A stretch of 64,000 bases of DNA from Psammoneis japonica. Taxonomy: Eukaryota. The DNA lies in contig QPGO01000006.1 of NCBI GenBank assembly GCA_008632985.1, positions 434,001-498,000 on the forward strand. Direction: 5' to 3'. Both the position numbers and the translations under genes were made by a program. The notes beneath the pieces were generated by a model. The model saw nothing but the letters and a program-made list of their open reading frames with translations, searched no databases and was not told the origin of the DNA. Shown one piece after another: positions 36,993 through 51,350 of this stretch. The number at the start of each line of letters is the position of its first letter. Within the stretch, counting starts at the first letter, position 1.

Positions 36993-37574
36993 ATGTCATC
37001 GTACGCTCGCTCCCGCAGCAATGAGGCCGAGGCTCCTCTGTTGCTGAATGCTCATGTCGATATGATTAGCGAAAGTACCAACACTACTCCTGCTCTTTCC
37101 AAAAAGGACTTTGGCAACATTCTTTCCACCGGTTCCATGTTGGGCTGTGTGTTGGGTCTGGTGGCTCCCTTTTGCGCACTCGCCACGTCCTTTGGTGTCG
37201 GTTTTCTCTTTGCCAAGGTGCGATTCTTCCAAGTGGATCAACCCGTTGCCGTGTGTTCCATTGTATGGGGCGTTTTGGTCACGGCGGTTGTGTTTTACGT
37301 TCAAACGCTCCTGTACAAGGCCCTCGCCAAGCGATACCACGAATTGCCCGAGGATCGTCAGGAATTAATCAAGTTGCGAGTGTCGCTCGGAACGCTCACG
37401 GGAGTGCTCGTGGCATGGGCCATTACCTGTGTACTGTTGGGATTTGGCTTTTGGGACCGAATCGTGATTGCATCGGCCGTCTTGACGGCGGTTTTGTGGT
37501 ACTGTGAACAGTTTGTAGTTCAACGAGGAGATGCAGCAAGTTCGGAACAAGACCAACACGATGAAATGGCATGA
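36993..37574 (+). CDS. Multi-pass membrane protein of unknown function
   Basis: 193-aa ORF from MSSYARSRS with about 4 hydrophobic helices and normal codon content. Confidence 0.7.
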   Translation: MSSYARSRSNEAEAPLLLNAHVDMISESTNTTPALSKKDFGNILSTGSMLGCVLGLVAPFCALATSFGVGFLFAKVRFFQVDQPVAVCSIVWGVLVTAVVFYVQTLLYKALAKRYHELPEDRQELIKLRVSLGTLTGVLVAWAITCVLLGFGFWDRIVIASAVLTAVLWYCEQFVVQRGDAASSEQDQHDEMA

Positions 37575-38367
37575 GCATATTGTACATTCTATTCATGTCG
37601 CATGCGTTATGGAGTGAATGAGGTTGATTGCGTATGGGCAACTCCTCTACACAAACGGTACTGCAATTATGAAAAAGATACTTTCTGCCCTCTGCCCTAA
37701 TTGTTTAGTCTTCTATATTTTCATCATTTTGTTTCTTCCTGAGCTACTCTGTGCTTGATTTTGAGCCGGAGGGTCGTGTTCTCGACGTGAGTGGCTTGTC
37801 TCGTGAGCGACACAGTCGTTTGTATAGCTTGCAGCAGAACATTCTTTCTTCTACTTTTTGGTTTCGTTCTGTTGACTACTGTCGATACCTGTCGATGCAC
37901 TGTTTCCATCGATTTCTAACTACATGCCTTAGACGGTAGACTAGGCAGCTTACCAATAAGCTGTTTATTAGCGGACAAGCGTATGGCTTAGCGATCTTTG
38001 AATATACTCATCAGAGACAGCCGATGGAATTTGATGAAAGAATTCTTTTCTCTGAAAATTGAAAATGGGTTCTTCTGATTGCGCGCGCATCTCCTCCGAG
38101 CCGCGAAACTACAAACGCCGGCATTTCATTGTGGAGAGGCTTGCTACCTCCACAGTATGGCGGGCGAACAGAGTGCCGATACTTTCCTCTAGCTTTCAAA
38201 CTATCTAGCTATCTCCCTATCTACAGGTGCATGGCTTCTTTTCTCTTGAAACGCAAAAGATACTCCCATCCAAAACTTCAATCCCCTCGAGCAAACAAAA
38301 CACTGTCCGCACTAATTCTCCACTCGGCACACAATTAATTCGTCGTCAATGGATTCTCTACGACCTC

Positions 38368-40406
38368 ATGACGCTGTTTCCACCAACCGTGGTGGGCATT
38401 TACGGTGTCTCGGGGTGTGGCAAGAGTACACTCTTGTCCAAACTGACCAAATCCCGGCCCGAATGGCGCTGCCTGGAAGGGAGCCACGTCATTCAGCAGT
38501 TTCTTGGCTGCAGCCGCTCCATGAAGGACTTTGAAAGCATGAGCGAGACTGAAAAACAAGACATTCGCAACCAAGCCATTGGTTGGATTCAAAGCCAAAG
38601 CGGCTTGACTCTAGTGGCGGGGCACTGTTCCTTTCCAACAAACAATGGACTCTTCAATGACGTGTTTACCCGTGGCGATGCCAAGACGTACAAGGCAATC
38701 TTGTACATGGACAAGGACCCAAACGATATTGTTGCACAACGTGACGCTGACACGGAGAGCTCAAAACGCATTCGACCCGTCCTGTCTGCGGATGCCATCG
38801 CCAAGTGGATGGATCATGAAAAGGAGCTACTCCGCCGTGAATGCAAGGAGCACGGTATCCACTTTGCCATTCTGGATCCCGACGACGTGGAAGCGCATGT
38901 CATTGAGCACATTTTGGGTCCTCTGGTATCGTTGGTCAAGAATGACTCTGAAAAGGCGTTACTGGCTTCCCTGGAAGAGTTGCCACGCAAGGATATTTAC
39001 TTGCTAGTCGACGGAGATCGAACGCTGTGCCGCGAGGACACGAGTGCATTCTTTATCGACAAGGCCAAATCGATTAGTAACGTTGAACTGGCTGACGACC
39101 CCCTCAAACAAATCTTCAAGCGCTACCCGACTTATACTTTTCAAGCATTTGTGGAGGTAGCATTGCTCTACAGCACACTTGTCGACGAAAATGACTATCA
39201 GCAAATCTCCAAGAGTATTGGCAACGTATCGATATACAGCGAGTGGGTCTCCTTCCTTTCCAACCTGCCCACAAACGTCCATGCTGTTCTGGTGACGTCT
39301 GGAAACCGAGAGATTTGGCAGGCCGCGTTGGAGAAGCACGGACTGTCAAACACAATCAGTCTTGTTGCAGGGAACCACGCTTCTCTTCATGCCTACATTG
39401 TCACCGACAGGGCAAAGGCTTTGGTGGCACACGAGCTACGCAAGCTCTCAGTAGGATGTCGCATTATAAGCTTTGGCGACTCTTGTAAGTCGTAAACGGA
39501 CTCATTCTTGTTGTAAGGCCTTGCGATACCTTTCCCCTCTAACATCAGCGTGTTGATCGTTCTTGCTATTCAGCGGTAGACATTCCCATGATCAAGGCCT
39601 CCGATAGGGGATACATTGTAGCTGATGAAAAACGCAATCGTTCCATGAAGGACTTTATCCAAGACGAAGCTGCGTCTGGCAATCCCAACATTTTTCAGCT
39701 TTGTCTCGACCAGTCGCCGGGCAAAGGAGTCTGCTCTCACAATGGGATAAAGGTGGGGTCACTTTTGGCTCTACAAGAGGAGATTGTCTCTGGAGTCATT
39801 CACCGCGTGTTTCACTACACTAGGAACCCGGCTTCCGCGGTTCTAGCGACAAAGTCCCGAAGGTCCGACGTGTCTGGTCCAGCTCTGCAGCACGTTCACT
39901 ATGAGATTGGAGTATTCTTGGCAGACAAGCTATTACAAGAGTTTGGTCGGTTCCAAAACAACAGTCTCGTCCAAGAGACGACTTGTCCTCATGTGCAAGG
40001 GCGCACCTTCACCGGTTTGACCACTTCGGGAGAGTCCATTGTGATTTTACCCCTCATGAGAGGAGGCGAACCCATGTCACGGGGAGTCTACGAGCGCTTT
40101 CCATCTGCGAGGCTAGTTCACTGGACTGATGGTTGCCAAACTAACGGCATCATTACAGCCAAGGACACGGTTATCGTGGTGGACTCGGTCGTGAATCGAG
40201 GCGACAGCGTCCGTGGTGTCATCACTCAGCTGCAATCCCATTGTGGCATGATCTACGTGCTGACGGGCGTGATGCAAAAGGAGGCTTCCACGTCCTTGCC
40301 TGTTGAATTCCCTCGGGTTCGTTTTCTTGCTTTGAGGGTGTCCGACAACAAGTATACCGGAAGGGGCGGCACCGACACGGGCAACCGCTTGTTTGGGACG
40401 ATTTGA
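38368..40406 (+). CDS. P-loop kinase + HAD-like + uracil phosphoribosyltransferase-like fusion; intron 39485-39573
   Basis: Walker A GVSGCGKST. HAD motifs LVDGDRTL, VTSG and FGDS/SVDIPM across the intron. PRT motifs ILPLMRGGEPM, IVVDSVVNRG and GTDTGNRLFGT. Confidence 0.85.
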
Positions 40407-40783
40407 CTTGTGTTCAAACCGACCCCCATGGTGAAAAACTCGTCAACTATAGGATTAGATGTTTAAGGTAGGCCCTAGCACACAACTTTGCAGTATTTGT
40501 TGCATAGAACAATGTCCGTCCGCAACAAAATTCTCATGGCGTTTGCCAAAGCTGTGTCCTCGAGTTTCACCGTATTTTTAAAAAGAAGTAGAGCTGGGTT
40601 GTTTTTGCATTCAAAAATTTGAACGAGACATGGGCTTCTGTTTTGCATAATCTTCATCACAGAAGAGACCGCGCAAAACTCCGCCACTGGCATTTCCATC
40701 ATTGTCAATTAAGAGAATGATTCAAGCGAGTCGACAACCAACCAAAAAAAACCTAGACAATTGCACGACCACCAGTTGTTTTT

Positions 40784-42848
40784 TTACCACGTTGGATTAC
40801 TCAAACTGGGTGAGGGTGTTCGTGGTCGTGGCAAGGTGGACGACGACGCATTACCGCGTGGCGTTCGCCGAACCGACGAAATGCCTCGTGTTTCACTCAT
40901 GAGCCGTACTTCACTACTCCGTCCCAAGTTTCGTCGTGATGCGTGCGTATGAGCACTGGCCAAGGCCAAGTGTCCGGAAAAACCGGTACGAAAATCCACG
41001 GCACCCGTGGGAGAATGATTTGCATTGACATTGCTGTTTCCTTGACTACTACTCGGCGATCCCGGTGTGCTGCGTGTAATGCGTTCCTGTGATGGTCGAC
41101 AAGCAAACTGTTCATGGAAACTACCACAAAACAAGAGTGGAGCAAAGGCGGTGGAACCCGGGGACGGTGGTGCTTCGGTAAAACCATCCAACATGTAATC
41201 TTGCATGGAGGATGGCATGGCCATTGTCTTTTCATCCAATTTGGAAAATTCCACATGACGACTACTACTACTACCACGGCGTGGTTCACTTGCCGGTGTT
41301 GCTGTCCTCGATGCATTGCGATTGTCTGGCGTGGACATGGCGTACGCTGTCGACGACAAGGACACGGGCGTCGTGGGTGGTGGCGGTGATTCTTGGGCAC
41401 CGCGTTTGGGTGTCGATGGTGATGCAGTATCTTCTCGGTTATGCTTTGCTTCAGCATGGCCTTCATCCGTCAAGGCCAAACCCGCCACACCCGTGACAAT
41501 GGCAAAGGGATCGGCTGGATTGTCTTCCATGGCTTGTGCCAAGTCTTGTGTGAGATTGTATTCCGTCATTTCCAACTTGTGCAGCTCTTGGACAAGACTC
41601 CGTTTCTTGACGCGGAGTGCCGTCAACATGCCCTCGAGTTTGCTTGCCTTGTCGACCGAGTCGCCGACTAGAAAAATAGAGAAAGACCAAACCGTTAGAA
41701 ATATAAACCGTAATACAACTTTTTTCTTTCATTTCTTGCAAGATACGTTTTCTCTTACCCTTGACAAGCTGTGTCGAACTCGCCATGAGATATCCTCGTC
41801 CCTGCGATAGCTTGGCAATACCATTGGAAAATTGAATAATTTGAACCGTTTGTCCATACGCAACTCTCATGAGGGGCGGTGGCATGTGCAGCTGCTGTTG
41901 CTGTTGCTGCGGACTATTGACGGGTGTCACTTTACGAAAGGCGGACTCTTCAGCCACCTGAAGAACCGGTTCCTCCTTTGCATTCAGCTGCACCTCTTCT
42001 CCTTCTTGAGATAGCACGCTCGTGTTCATGGCATTGCTTGATTCTTCGTCTTGATTGGTGGTATTATTCATGACTTCCGTAGTATCGTCATCGCCGTCAT
42101 CGTCATGTTGAATAATTCCAAGAGTATCGACCGAAGCTCTCTTTTCATTCATGACACCATCATTCATCATTCCGCTCTGCCCTTCATAATCTTCATCATC
42201 ATCATCGTCATCGCTACTGACAGAATAGGAAATTTCCAAGGGACTCGATCGTCCAAATTGACTTGTTTCCGCATCCATGTGCGACAGATTACCCAAATCA
42301 TCACTACTTTTCATTGCGGGTGTTTTGCCATCGATATTCAAGTGATTGGGATAGACCAGGAGCCCCGCACGTTCTCGCACCACATAGGTCCCATAGCCAC
42401 TCGTCAAGAGCTCCATGCCCTGCAAAACTTGATCGTCATCGTCACCACTCTCATAATCCTTGTCTTCATCGTCATGCTCCAAAACCGAATGTTGTGATGC
42501 TTCCATGAGTGACATTAATACCAAATTCTTAGCCACGGGCAAAGCAATTGGTTCAGGCGATGATGAGAATGTGGGTGGTGGTGTCGGAGAATACCGAGGA
42601 GACGGAAAGCGCATTCCCGATGCACGTGTTCCCGTCGTTAAATGAGGTGTTTTCAATGCCTGTGGTGCCCGTGGTGGTGGCAAGTAAAAGAGAGGTTCGC
42701 GACACTCCATGCATTTCTTGAGGCGTTTGCTGCATGGCAAACAAACATAAGTATGTCCACATGGCAACACCACGGGAGGACGATCGTTTAAATCGAACGC
42801 ATCAAAGCATATAATGCAATGCAAAGAGAACGGGGCTCTTGTCATCAT
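40784..42848 (-). CDS. N-terminal RING-finger protein; intron 41668-41758
   Basis: CIICFD…VLPCGHTYVCLPC…CMEC. The gtaaga…ctag intron joins ORF 41463-42848 to ORF 40784-41629 in frame. Confidence 0.85.
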
Positions 42849-45800
42849 GTATTGTCGTATAGTGTAACTGCTGCCGTTCGTCTTTTGTTGGTATTGTTGT
42901 TGGCTGTTGCTGCAAGTAATGTGTATTGAAGTCTACAAGCATTGACATTGGGGTTGAAGAAGAGGCTCATCGACGCATTCACCTCCTGAGAAATCTCCAA
43001 ATCGTTCTCTCTGGAACACGGGACAAAATTTTTGAAAAAATGGGATTGTGCCGCCTCGCGCGCCTTTTTCGACTTAGACATTTAATAACGGTAATTGATG
43101 TGTCACTTATGAAACTGAATTCATAAATTTAATAAAATTATATAAAATGAATAATAATATAAGAAGGAATTCATAGACTTGAATTTATGCTGTGTACATT
43201 TTATGTATAAGTTTTTGGATTGAAACGTGGTAGTTGTGAAATTTAATCAATAAGAACTGTAGACATTGATAAAGGATAAAAAATGGCGCGAAAGCCGTAT
43301 TGGCCAATGTAGCTTTCCACGTACACGCACCTTGTACTGTTGGCACACGGGGGAGAGTTGGTCGCGCGATGAAACGTGGGCTCGATGCGCAACAACTGCA
43401 GGAGAAGCAGTGGGAACAATGGCGGGGGATTCCAATCCGCCTGTCCGATAGAAACATTGCCCATTGCGTGCCATGTAAGTGCATTTAACTTCACAAGAAG
43501 AGATTGGACCACAAAAAATCGGGGTGGATCATTTGTCAGAATCTGCTGTGCTTTTCAATGTGCTGTGTGTGAAGCTGCGTGCTGCGTGGCTGGCATGGTT
43601 GATCACTCGCACTTTGCTCTTGTTGCCATCATCAACAACGAGATTCAGAAGATGATGGGCATCTTTTCAGGAAGAAACTGTGAATGACAAAGGTGCACAG
43701 CATTGCACACACCAGCCCCCCTTTTGGTCAACTTCCTCTGATGACGTTGACAATGTGGCGCGCGGCTTTGATCGCTCTCAATGGAGACCCATCATTTGCA
43801 GCCCCACGTCGAGAACTTCAGAAGCTGTGGGAACAGTCTTTGATCTGTTCCAGTTCTGTGGCAATGGAGGTGCAAATCAACTTTTGATGCTGCAATTTCA
43901 ACATGGAGCTGTTTGCCAAACTGAGCAAAAAATTGCAGCAGGTTTTTGCACAGTGCTCATTGCCTCTCCCTCATGAAATGGAGCACCAGGCCACCATGGA
44001 AGAGTGGCCAGGGGGAGTGTTTCCAGAGAAGCCAGCACCAACAGATGCAGATTGTCTCCCCGACTTCAAATCACTTTGCAAAACAGAAGCTCATCAGCAT
44101 GGTGATCTCATCCTTGGTGCACTCTAAGACCTTCTCAGCACAAACCGGGAATGCTCAAAGTTGGCAAAAAACAACCAAATCTTTGCCCAGGTCCTTGGCA
44201 GCCAAAGAAGAGTTCACATTGTTGCTGCAAAGGGCACAAAAGATGGCGATGAGTCCAACCTTAATGCACTTAAAATGGCTGACTTTTTGGTGACTCAAGA
44301 GGTCAAGAGGGTTGCGACTCGTCATTTGTGCAGCTCAGCTGTTGCTTTGAAGAAAGCAATTTTGCCAAGGGAGCGAAAAGTGCTGGGGTTCATTTCTTGT
44401 GCACTGTTGGCAATGAGCAGAGTCAATGCTTTGCAACAGCTGTGGCTTCCCAAACACCCAAAATGAGGTCATGTGTGTGCCATGCTGTTCTTTGTCCAGC
44501 ATGCCATGATCCCCACTGTGCACAAGATGACCTTGCCTCTCAACTGCCATCAAATGCTGCATGGCATGATGTTGAAGAAACAGCTGTTGCTGAGAAAGTT
44601 TAGAAAGATTCAGAAGTGCTTGCCCACAAGGTTGACTGCCAACCACCAGCCAGATGCAAGAATCAGGAAGTTGCTTTCAAACTGTGACACGGCCAGTGCT
44701 GCAGCAAAGTTGAAGGCTCAAAACAAAGCAGCATTTTGTCCATGCAAGAAGATTCTTGGTCTCTCTTTTCCACGCTGCAGTGTTGCTCATGCAAAATTTT
44801 CAGGCTGCATGGCATTGCATCACCAGTCATGCAAAAAGAAGTTTTGTGGGTGCTGTCACATTGGCTTTGAAACTTTGTGACAACTGCACAAGCATGTCTG
44901 ACACACAGTGCTTGATGAACAAAACAAGAAATGCAAGTTGCTGCACCATGGATGAAAAATTCAAGAATGCCCAGCAATGTTGTCAAACAAAGAAATTCAA
45001 GCAATTCTCATCCATGGGTTCAAAAAGGAAGTGCAGAATGCCACCATCATTGAGCTGCAAAGTGACCTGGAGAACCTCAACATTGACCACCATGCTGTGC
45101 TCTTTGAATTTGGGAATCTGCAAGATGAGCTTGAGCTGCTGAACATTTGTCACTTTGGTGCTCTGAAAAAATTGCAGGGCTGTTGCTGGTGGGGCATGGA
45201 GAGAGTGCTTTTGAGTTTTCCCTTGCTCTTCTTTGTTGTCTGGATGTGATGTTGTGTTCTTTTTCTTTGGATGTCTTGTTGTCAGCAGAAATGTTTTGGG
45301 TGGATGTGCTTGACAAAACTTTTGCTGGTTCATTGTTTTGTTTGTTGCTCACTGTCTCATTGCACAGTTGTGAAGAATTCCTTGGGGTTCCCTGCCACTG
45401 CCTGAGTGAATCAGCACCTCAATGACATCCCACAGTGATCTGCAGCTCTGGATCCAGAAGCGCAGCATCTTCTTGGAAGCATTTTGCCATGCAGCAGCAG
45501 GCAGCAAATGTGGCAGCACCAGCAGCAGGAGCCTGGAGAGCAAGCTGTCTTGGGGGATCTCTCAGTCTGCAGCAGCAGCAGCAAAGCCCACCCCACAGGT
45601 GCAGCAGCACACCTGGCACTGTGTGAGAAAACAGCCATGCTCCAGAGAGACAAAAAACCAGAAGCAAGCATGGCATGAATTCTCCCAAAACAGGAAAAAT
45701 GTGTGGCACAATCCAAGTGGCAGGCCAGGCCAGGGATCTCCATCTTTGGCACAAACAAAGTGCAAAATGACACACAGTCACAGACAACCTCCTGCAAAGT

Positions 45801-48800
45801 TGCCAGGGCATCTTGAATTGCTGCCATGGGCAAAGCACACTGACAACACAAGCAAGGATGACTTGCTTTGCAGTGATTTGAGTGCCATGTGCAGCACAGG
45901 AGCACGTGTGCTCAACAACATGGCACCAGCCAGCATGAGCTGTTGCAAGTGCCCAAACACTGCTGTGCCTGGCACTTTCCCCATTCTTGGTCATCATTTG
46001 CACACATGTGTGCAATGCTTGCATTGCCACAGAGCCCTGTGCATGCTTTGTGCCAGGTGGCAAAAAGGTGTGGGAAATGCCCTGCTCAGGTGGTGCTCAG
46101 GCCAATGACAAACAATGAGCTGATGCCCATTTCATGAGCTGCCACATTTGTTGTGATTGTGTTTGCAGTCAACAGCAAGGACAAAAATGGACAAATGAAC
46201 AGAGGTGTGCTCCTTGCTCCATTGACAACCATTTCACTTTTCAGGAAGAAATTGTGGTGGGTGACAAAGTGCACAGCATTGCAGCAGCAGCATCTTTCCA
46301 TTGATTTTTGCTGACAATGTTGACATGATGAGTTTGATCATTCTCAAAAGTTGGGAGATGTCTCCAGCCAGCTGCCGGCTGAAAAATCTTGACCAGAATG
46401 ATTTGCACTGAAAGAGTCTGTCAATCAGCCTGTTTTTTTTTTGCCAGATTTGGCAAGTGCCAGACACAGACCAGAGTGGCTGCTGGGTAAAAATGTGTTG
46501 GCAAATCCAATCAAATGCACTGATGGCAGATTTTTCCAGCCAGCAGCTGGCTGGAGAAGTCCCCTGCCAATGCCTCATTTGCAGCCAGCCCCAAGTTGTG
46601 GAGCTGTGGGAGCTTGGAACAGTCTTTGTCGTGAGGCTGTGCCAGCGGTTTTGCAAATTAACTTGTGCTGCTGCAATCATTTCCATGCAGAGGAGCAACA
46701 CCAAGCCATTCCCACAGCCGCCAAAGGTGACTTTGGCAGTTTTCAAGACAGCATTCATGACTGTTGCGAGTCAAAAGGGGGCATGTGTGGAGAAGGATCC
46801 ATTGCAGAATGCAAATGATCTGGGCAAATTGCCACAGCTTGTCAAGCACCAGCCAGTGGCAGCAGAAGGAAACAATGGCATTGAAGCCATCCGAGCACCA
46901 ATGTGTGGCACACTCAGGGGTGGATTTGACCAAGAGAAGGGGCTGCACACAAGCCTTTTGCACATGGGAAGCAACACTCCACAACAATCTTGCACTCTTC
47001 AACAATGGCACATGCACCTTTCTGCTCTTGTCAAACAAGAGACATGAGGAGACTCATTTGCCAAATTGCAGCAAAAGCTTTGAAAGGGATTTCAACTTCA
47101 AATGGTGTTGGTGAAGGGCCAACCTGCAGTTTGCCCCTGCATCAGGTGCAAGACCACAGCCACAAAGGGACAAATTAAGGTTTGAGCATGGCTCTGCCAT
47201 CCAATTTGGTGGTCTTCTTAGTGCCTCCAATGGAGCAAGGAAGTCTGTGCATCAGCAGGCAGAATTGTCCAGTCCGTCATCTGTGCAGCAGCAGAAAATG
47301 ATTGGTGGCAAAGAAGAAGAAGAAGCAGCAGCGTCCATTTGATTTTGAAATGCATGGTGCTTTTTGAACCACACACAGTCAATTGCCAGCCAAAACTTCC
47401 AGAGTTGCATGATGCCCTTTTCCACAATGAGTGCTGGGTGCTTCATGGCAAAGCTCAGCAAGTTGTTGTTGTTGGTTGTTGTTGTTGGTTGAGTGACATG
47501 CTCAAAATCCACCAGAGAGGAAAGTTCCCTCTCCCACTGTTGCAAACATCTGTTTTCTTGGAATCCACCCATCTTGTTTAAAAAAAAGCCATTTGATGCT
47601 GCTGCAATTCACAATGTCAGGCACATGTCCAGTCATGTGCTCCAAGTTCATGAAACAATGGAAGAGGAAAAGGAGAAGGAGGGGGGGGATGAGGTCTGAG
47701 CCCAATGTGCACCCACGTCATCCAGATGACTGATGCACCTCAGGTGTCAGGTGGTGGCCGGGGGGCCTCAACACAAAAACAACAATGGCAGCAGCAACAG
47801 CTGCTGCTTGACATTGTTGCCAAGGTCAAACCTTTTTCCCAAAAAAAAGGAATGCATGGCATTCTGTGTTTTTTTCTGATGAGTGCATCAACTGAAAGAG
47901 AGGTGAGACAAAATCCAAAAATGGATGAAAACTCTCTTCTGTTGACATTTCTGCTGGCAGTGCTTCAGTCTCACAACTTGCTGCTCATTTCAACTTTGCT
48001 TCACACTGGACAGATTGAACAGCATGGAACCTCTGTTTGTAGAGACCAACCACACTAACTCCTTCTGAAAGTGCAAAAACGAAACCCTTGTGAGTGCCGT
48101 TGTTTCATGTTGCTGCCACTGCCACACACCATGCCATCATCTGCAAGACTGGCATTGCTTGATGCAGTCCACATTTTGAGGCAGTGTTGTGGTCAGCAAA
48201 CAACTCTTTGAAGTGACCTTCAGGGGTTGTTGGAATTGGTCAGCATGGCGGTGCCCCACTCCAGCACTGTTGAAACATGCAGCAATCTACAATCCACCAT
48301 TTTTGGCTGGAAAAGTGCACGTGCAAGTGGCAGACAAGGTTGCCCTTGTCTCTAAAAATCATGCGCAACTGCTGAGGTTGCTGGCTGCAGCAACACCTCA
48401 GTGATTTTTTGCAACAATGTTCATGTGGCCTGGGATGCCAGTGCCTCCCCCCCCCCCCCCCCACCTCTGAATGTTGAGATGGCCAATGAGAGCCAAAGGG
48501 TTGCTCCCTTGTGAGGTGTCAACTGGCACTTCCAAGGATGGGAGTGCTTTCAACTGCTGCAGGAGACTCAAAATCTCTGTTTGATGGGGTTCACCTGCCC
48601 TCAAAGGTGGTTTGGATTGTTGAAATTTTGCAGCTGGGTGGCACAGGGAGCAGGTGGTGCTGGAGCATCCATGTGCTGCATGGGAGTTGGCTTGTTGCAG
48701 GAGTCGGCAGCAACATCAAGGTCATTGACACTCATCAGAGCACATGACACAGTGGTCAAGGTGCCGCCTTTCTCACGGCAGTTTTTCACCTTTTTGCAGG

Positions 48801-49385
48801 TGACAAATGTGTGCCACAATGGGACACTGGTTGTGCACATGGTGACAACATGTTGGCTGTTGCAGATGTTTCTTTTTTGCCATGGGGTCTCTCCCCCTGC
48901 CTCCTGTGAGGAAAACATGTTTCACTGTGAAACAGCCACCCATTTTCCCTGTGAGAGTGCACACCCTCTGTCTCCACAAAGCTTGCAAATTGAAACCATG
49001 TGCATTTCAAACATTTTGTTTGTTGCTTGCATTTAATTGAATGATGCTGACCAAGACAACACCATGATGCCCAAGGCTTGCCGGCCAGAAACACAAGCCC
49101 AGCGCCCAGCAGAGATGCTGCCAACAGCACTCCAGTCTACATTGGCATGGGAGTTGAGTGGCATTGCTGCCCTGCTTCCCTTCTTGCCACCATCAAAGAG
49201 TGGCTGGCAAGAAGCTTCCCAACAAGACCCGGACATCAAACCATGCATCAATGCATTGAAAGCAGAGGTGCTGCTCTCAACAAGTCAAAGCTGTTGAGCA
49301 CTGAATTTGGCAAAGCATTCCCCAGCATGGAAGACTTGGGACCAAAGAAGGCATCCAGTGCTGGTGCAAAGGGAAGAAGCAAAGC

Positions 49386-50230
49386 TTGTTGAGTCAAATC
49401 TGGACAAGAGCAGCGCCAAAAAGACACAGGCAAACCATCTTCTCCACCCTGCACATCTCAGCATGTGCAGGACATTCAAGCCATGAGGAAAAGACACACT
49501 GGAAGATTGCCACAAGGTTCTGGTGGCTGGCAATGGCTGCAAATGTGAGGAAATGGACATTGGGGTGCACAATGTGCCAAGCAGTCAACATCACCAGCCA
49601 CAAAGTGCAGCACATCCTGAAGACCATCAAAGCCAGTGCACCATTGACGTCATGGTTGTGGATGTGTGGTCACCTGGAGAGTTGGCAGCAAGCAAGAATG
49701 CGGTCAATGCACTGGGCTGCCTGGACTCAACAACAGGATTTGAAAGCATCACATTTCTTGCCTCTTGTGCCTCAGAAGATGCAGCAAGAGCTGCGTTCCA
49801 TGTGCTCTTCATCCCCCACCATCTGCCAAGACTTGTGCCACCAGTGGATGCAGGTCGACAGTTTGCTGGGCTGGTGCTGCAACTGTGTGGCCTGTTGGGC
49901 ACACAAGCCTGCCCAAGCAGTGACAAGAGAAAACCACAAGGCTGTTTTGTGTGAGAGGTTTTTTTGACATCTGAGCAAGACAGAAAATCCTTGCAAGAAT
50001 GGATGCTTGGAGCTGCGTTCATGACCCATGCATGGAACAGTGTGCCTGCAGAAGACACGGACATTGTGAGAAGCAGAGAGCAGCAAATGGGGCATGACTT
50101 CCCTTTTCCTGTTGACACTTGCCAAGAAGCAACAGTTCTGTGGGAGAGCACCAATCATGGAGAGCAAGTCTTGGAACATGTGCATGCCACAGAACAACTG
50201 GCTGTGCAAATCTGGGAAGCATGAGAACAA
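49386..50230 (+). mobile_element. Relic Ty3/Gypsy-type integrase (H2C2 zinc finger + core)
   Basis: H…GHSSHEEKTHWKIATRFWWLAMAANVRKWTLGCTMCQ, then VVDVWSPG, DAGRQF and ENHKAVLCER in shifted frames. Confidence 0.65.
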
Positions 50231-50689
50231 TTAAAAATGAGGTTGGGTTTTGTGTGCACGAGGTGAGCCACACATGTGCAAGGGACACACGCATGTGAGT
50301 GGGGAGAACAAAGTGGGGACCAAGCTCAAAATGCATTTGATTGGAGTTTGCATCAGAAAAGCTGTTGAGACATCAGATGAAATGCACAAAACATGTGCAT
50401 TTTGTTTGGTGCTGTTGCCGACATTTTTCAAATTCAACTTGTCAACAATTTGGACAGTGCACATTAAAAAAATGTGCAATGGAAAGTGGAGACCACTGCA
50501 TTGCACCCTCTCACATTGCGGTGTTTTGTTTGAACAAGTGCAAGCTTGTCCAGTTGCCTTTGTTGCTTGCCGCAAGGTGGCAGCATTGGCAGCACAATCT
50601 GCAAACTTGCCGGCACTGTTCACATCTGGTCTTGAAACAGTTGCCTTCAATGGAGCCATTGGCTCATTGAGGTTGGTGGTTGGAGCAGT

Positions 50690-51350
50690 GAGTGAGGCAG
50701 CATGGGGCAGCCGGTGGTGCAAGAGCAGCCACTTGGCACAGGGAGTTGGCAGCAATGGAGCAGACACACAGCCTGGGAGTTGGCAGTGTTGGAGCAGCCA
50801 GGTGGGTGGGAGTTGGCAGTGTTGGTGCAGCAAGCCAGGTGGCGCGGCAGTTGGCGGTGCTGCAGTGGCCAGTTGGCACAGGGAATGGGTGGTGTTGGAG
50901 CAGCCATGTGGTGGTGTGGGAGCTTGCAGTGTTGGAGCATGGCCAGGCAGCATGGGAATTGGTTGTGTTGGAGCAGCCATGCAGCGCAAGAGTTGGCAGC
51001 ATTGGAGTGTGGCTGGGTGGCATGGGATGAGTCGGCAGCACTGGAGCAGCTGGTTGGCACAAAGAGTTGGCGGCATTTGAGCAGCTGTGCAGCATGGGAG
51101 CATGTTGCATTTGAGCAGCAAGGCGGTGTGGGTCAGCTGTGATGGAGTGGTGGGAGCAGCAAGGTGGCATGGGAGTCAGTCAGTGGCACTGGAGCAGCCA
51201 TTTGGCACAGGGAGTGGGAGGCATTTGAGCAGGTGTGTGGCGTGGGAACCGGCAGCATTCTTTGAGTGGGTGGGTGGCATGGGAGCAGCTGGCAGGCAGT
51301 GTGGGAGTCGGTGGTGGAGGTGTTGAAGTGGGCAGCATTGGAGCGGCACA
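50690..51350. repeat. Degenerate G-rich tandem repeat (ttggagcagcc / gggagttggcag units)
   Basis: The motifs recur many times at spacings of about 30-120 bp. Confidence 0.7.
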
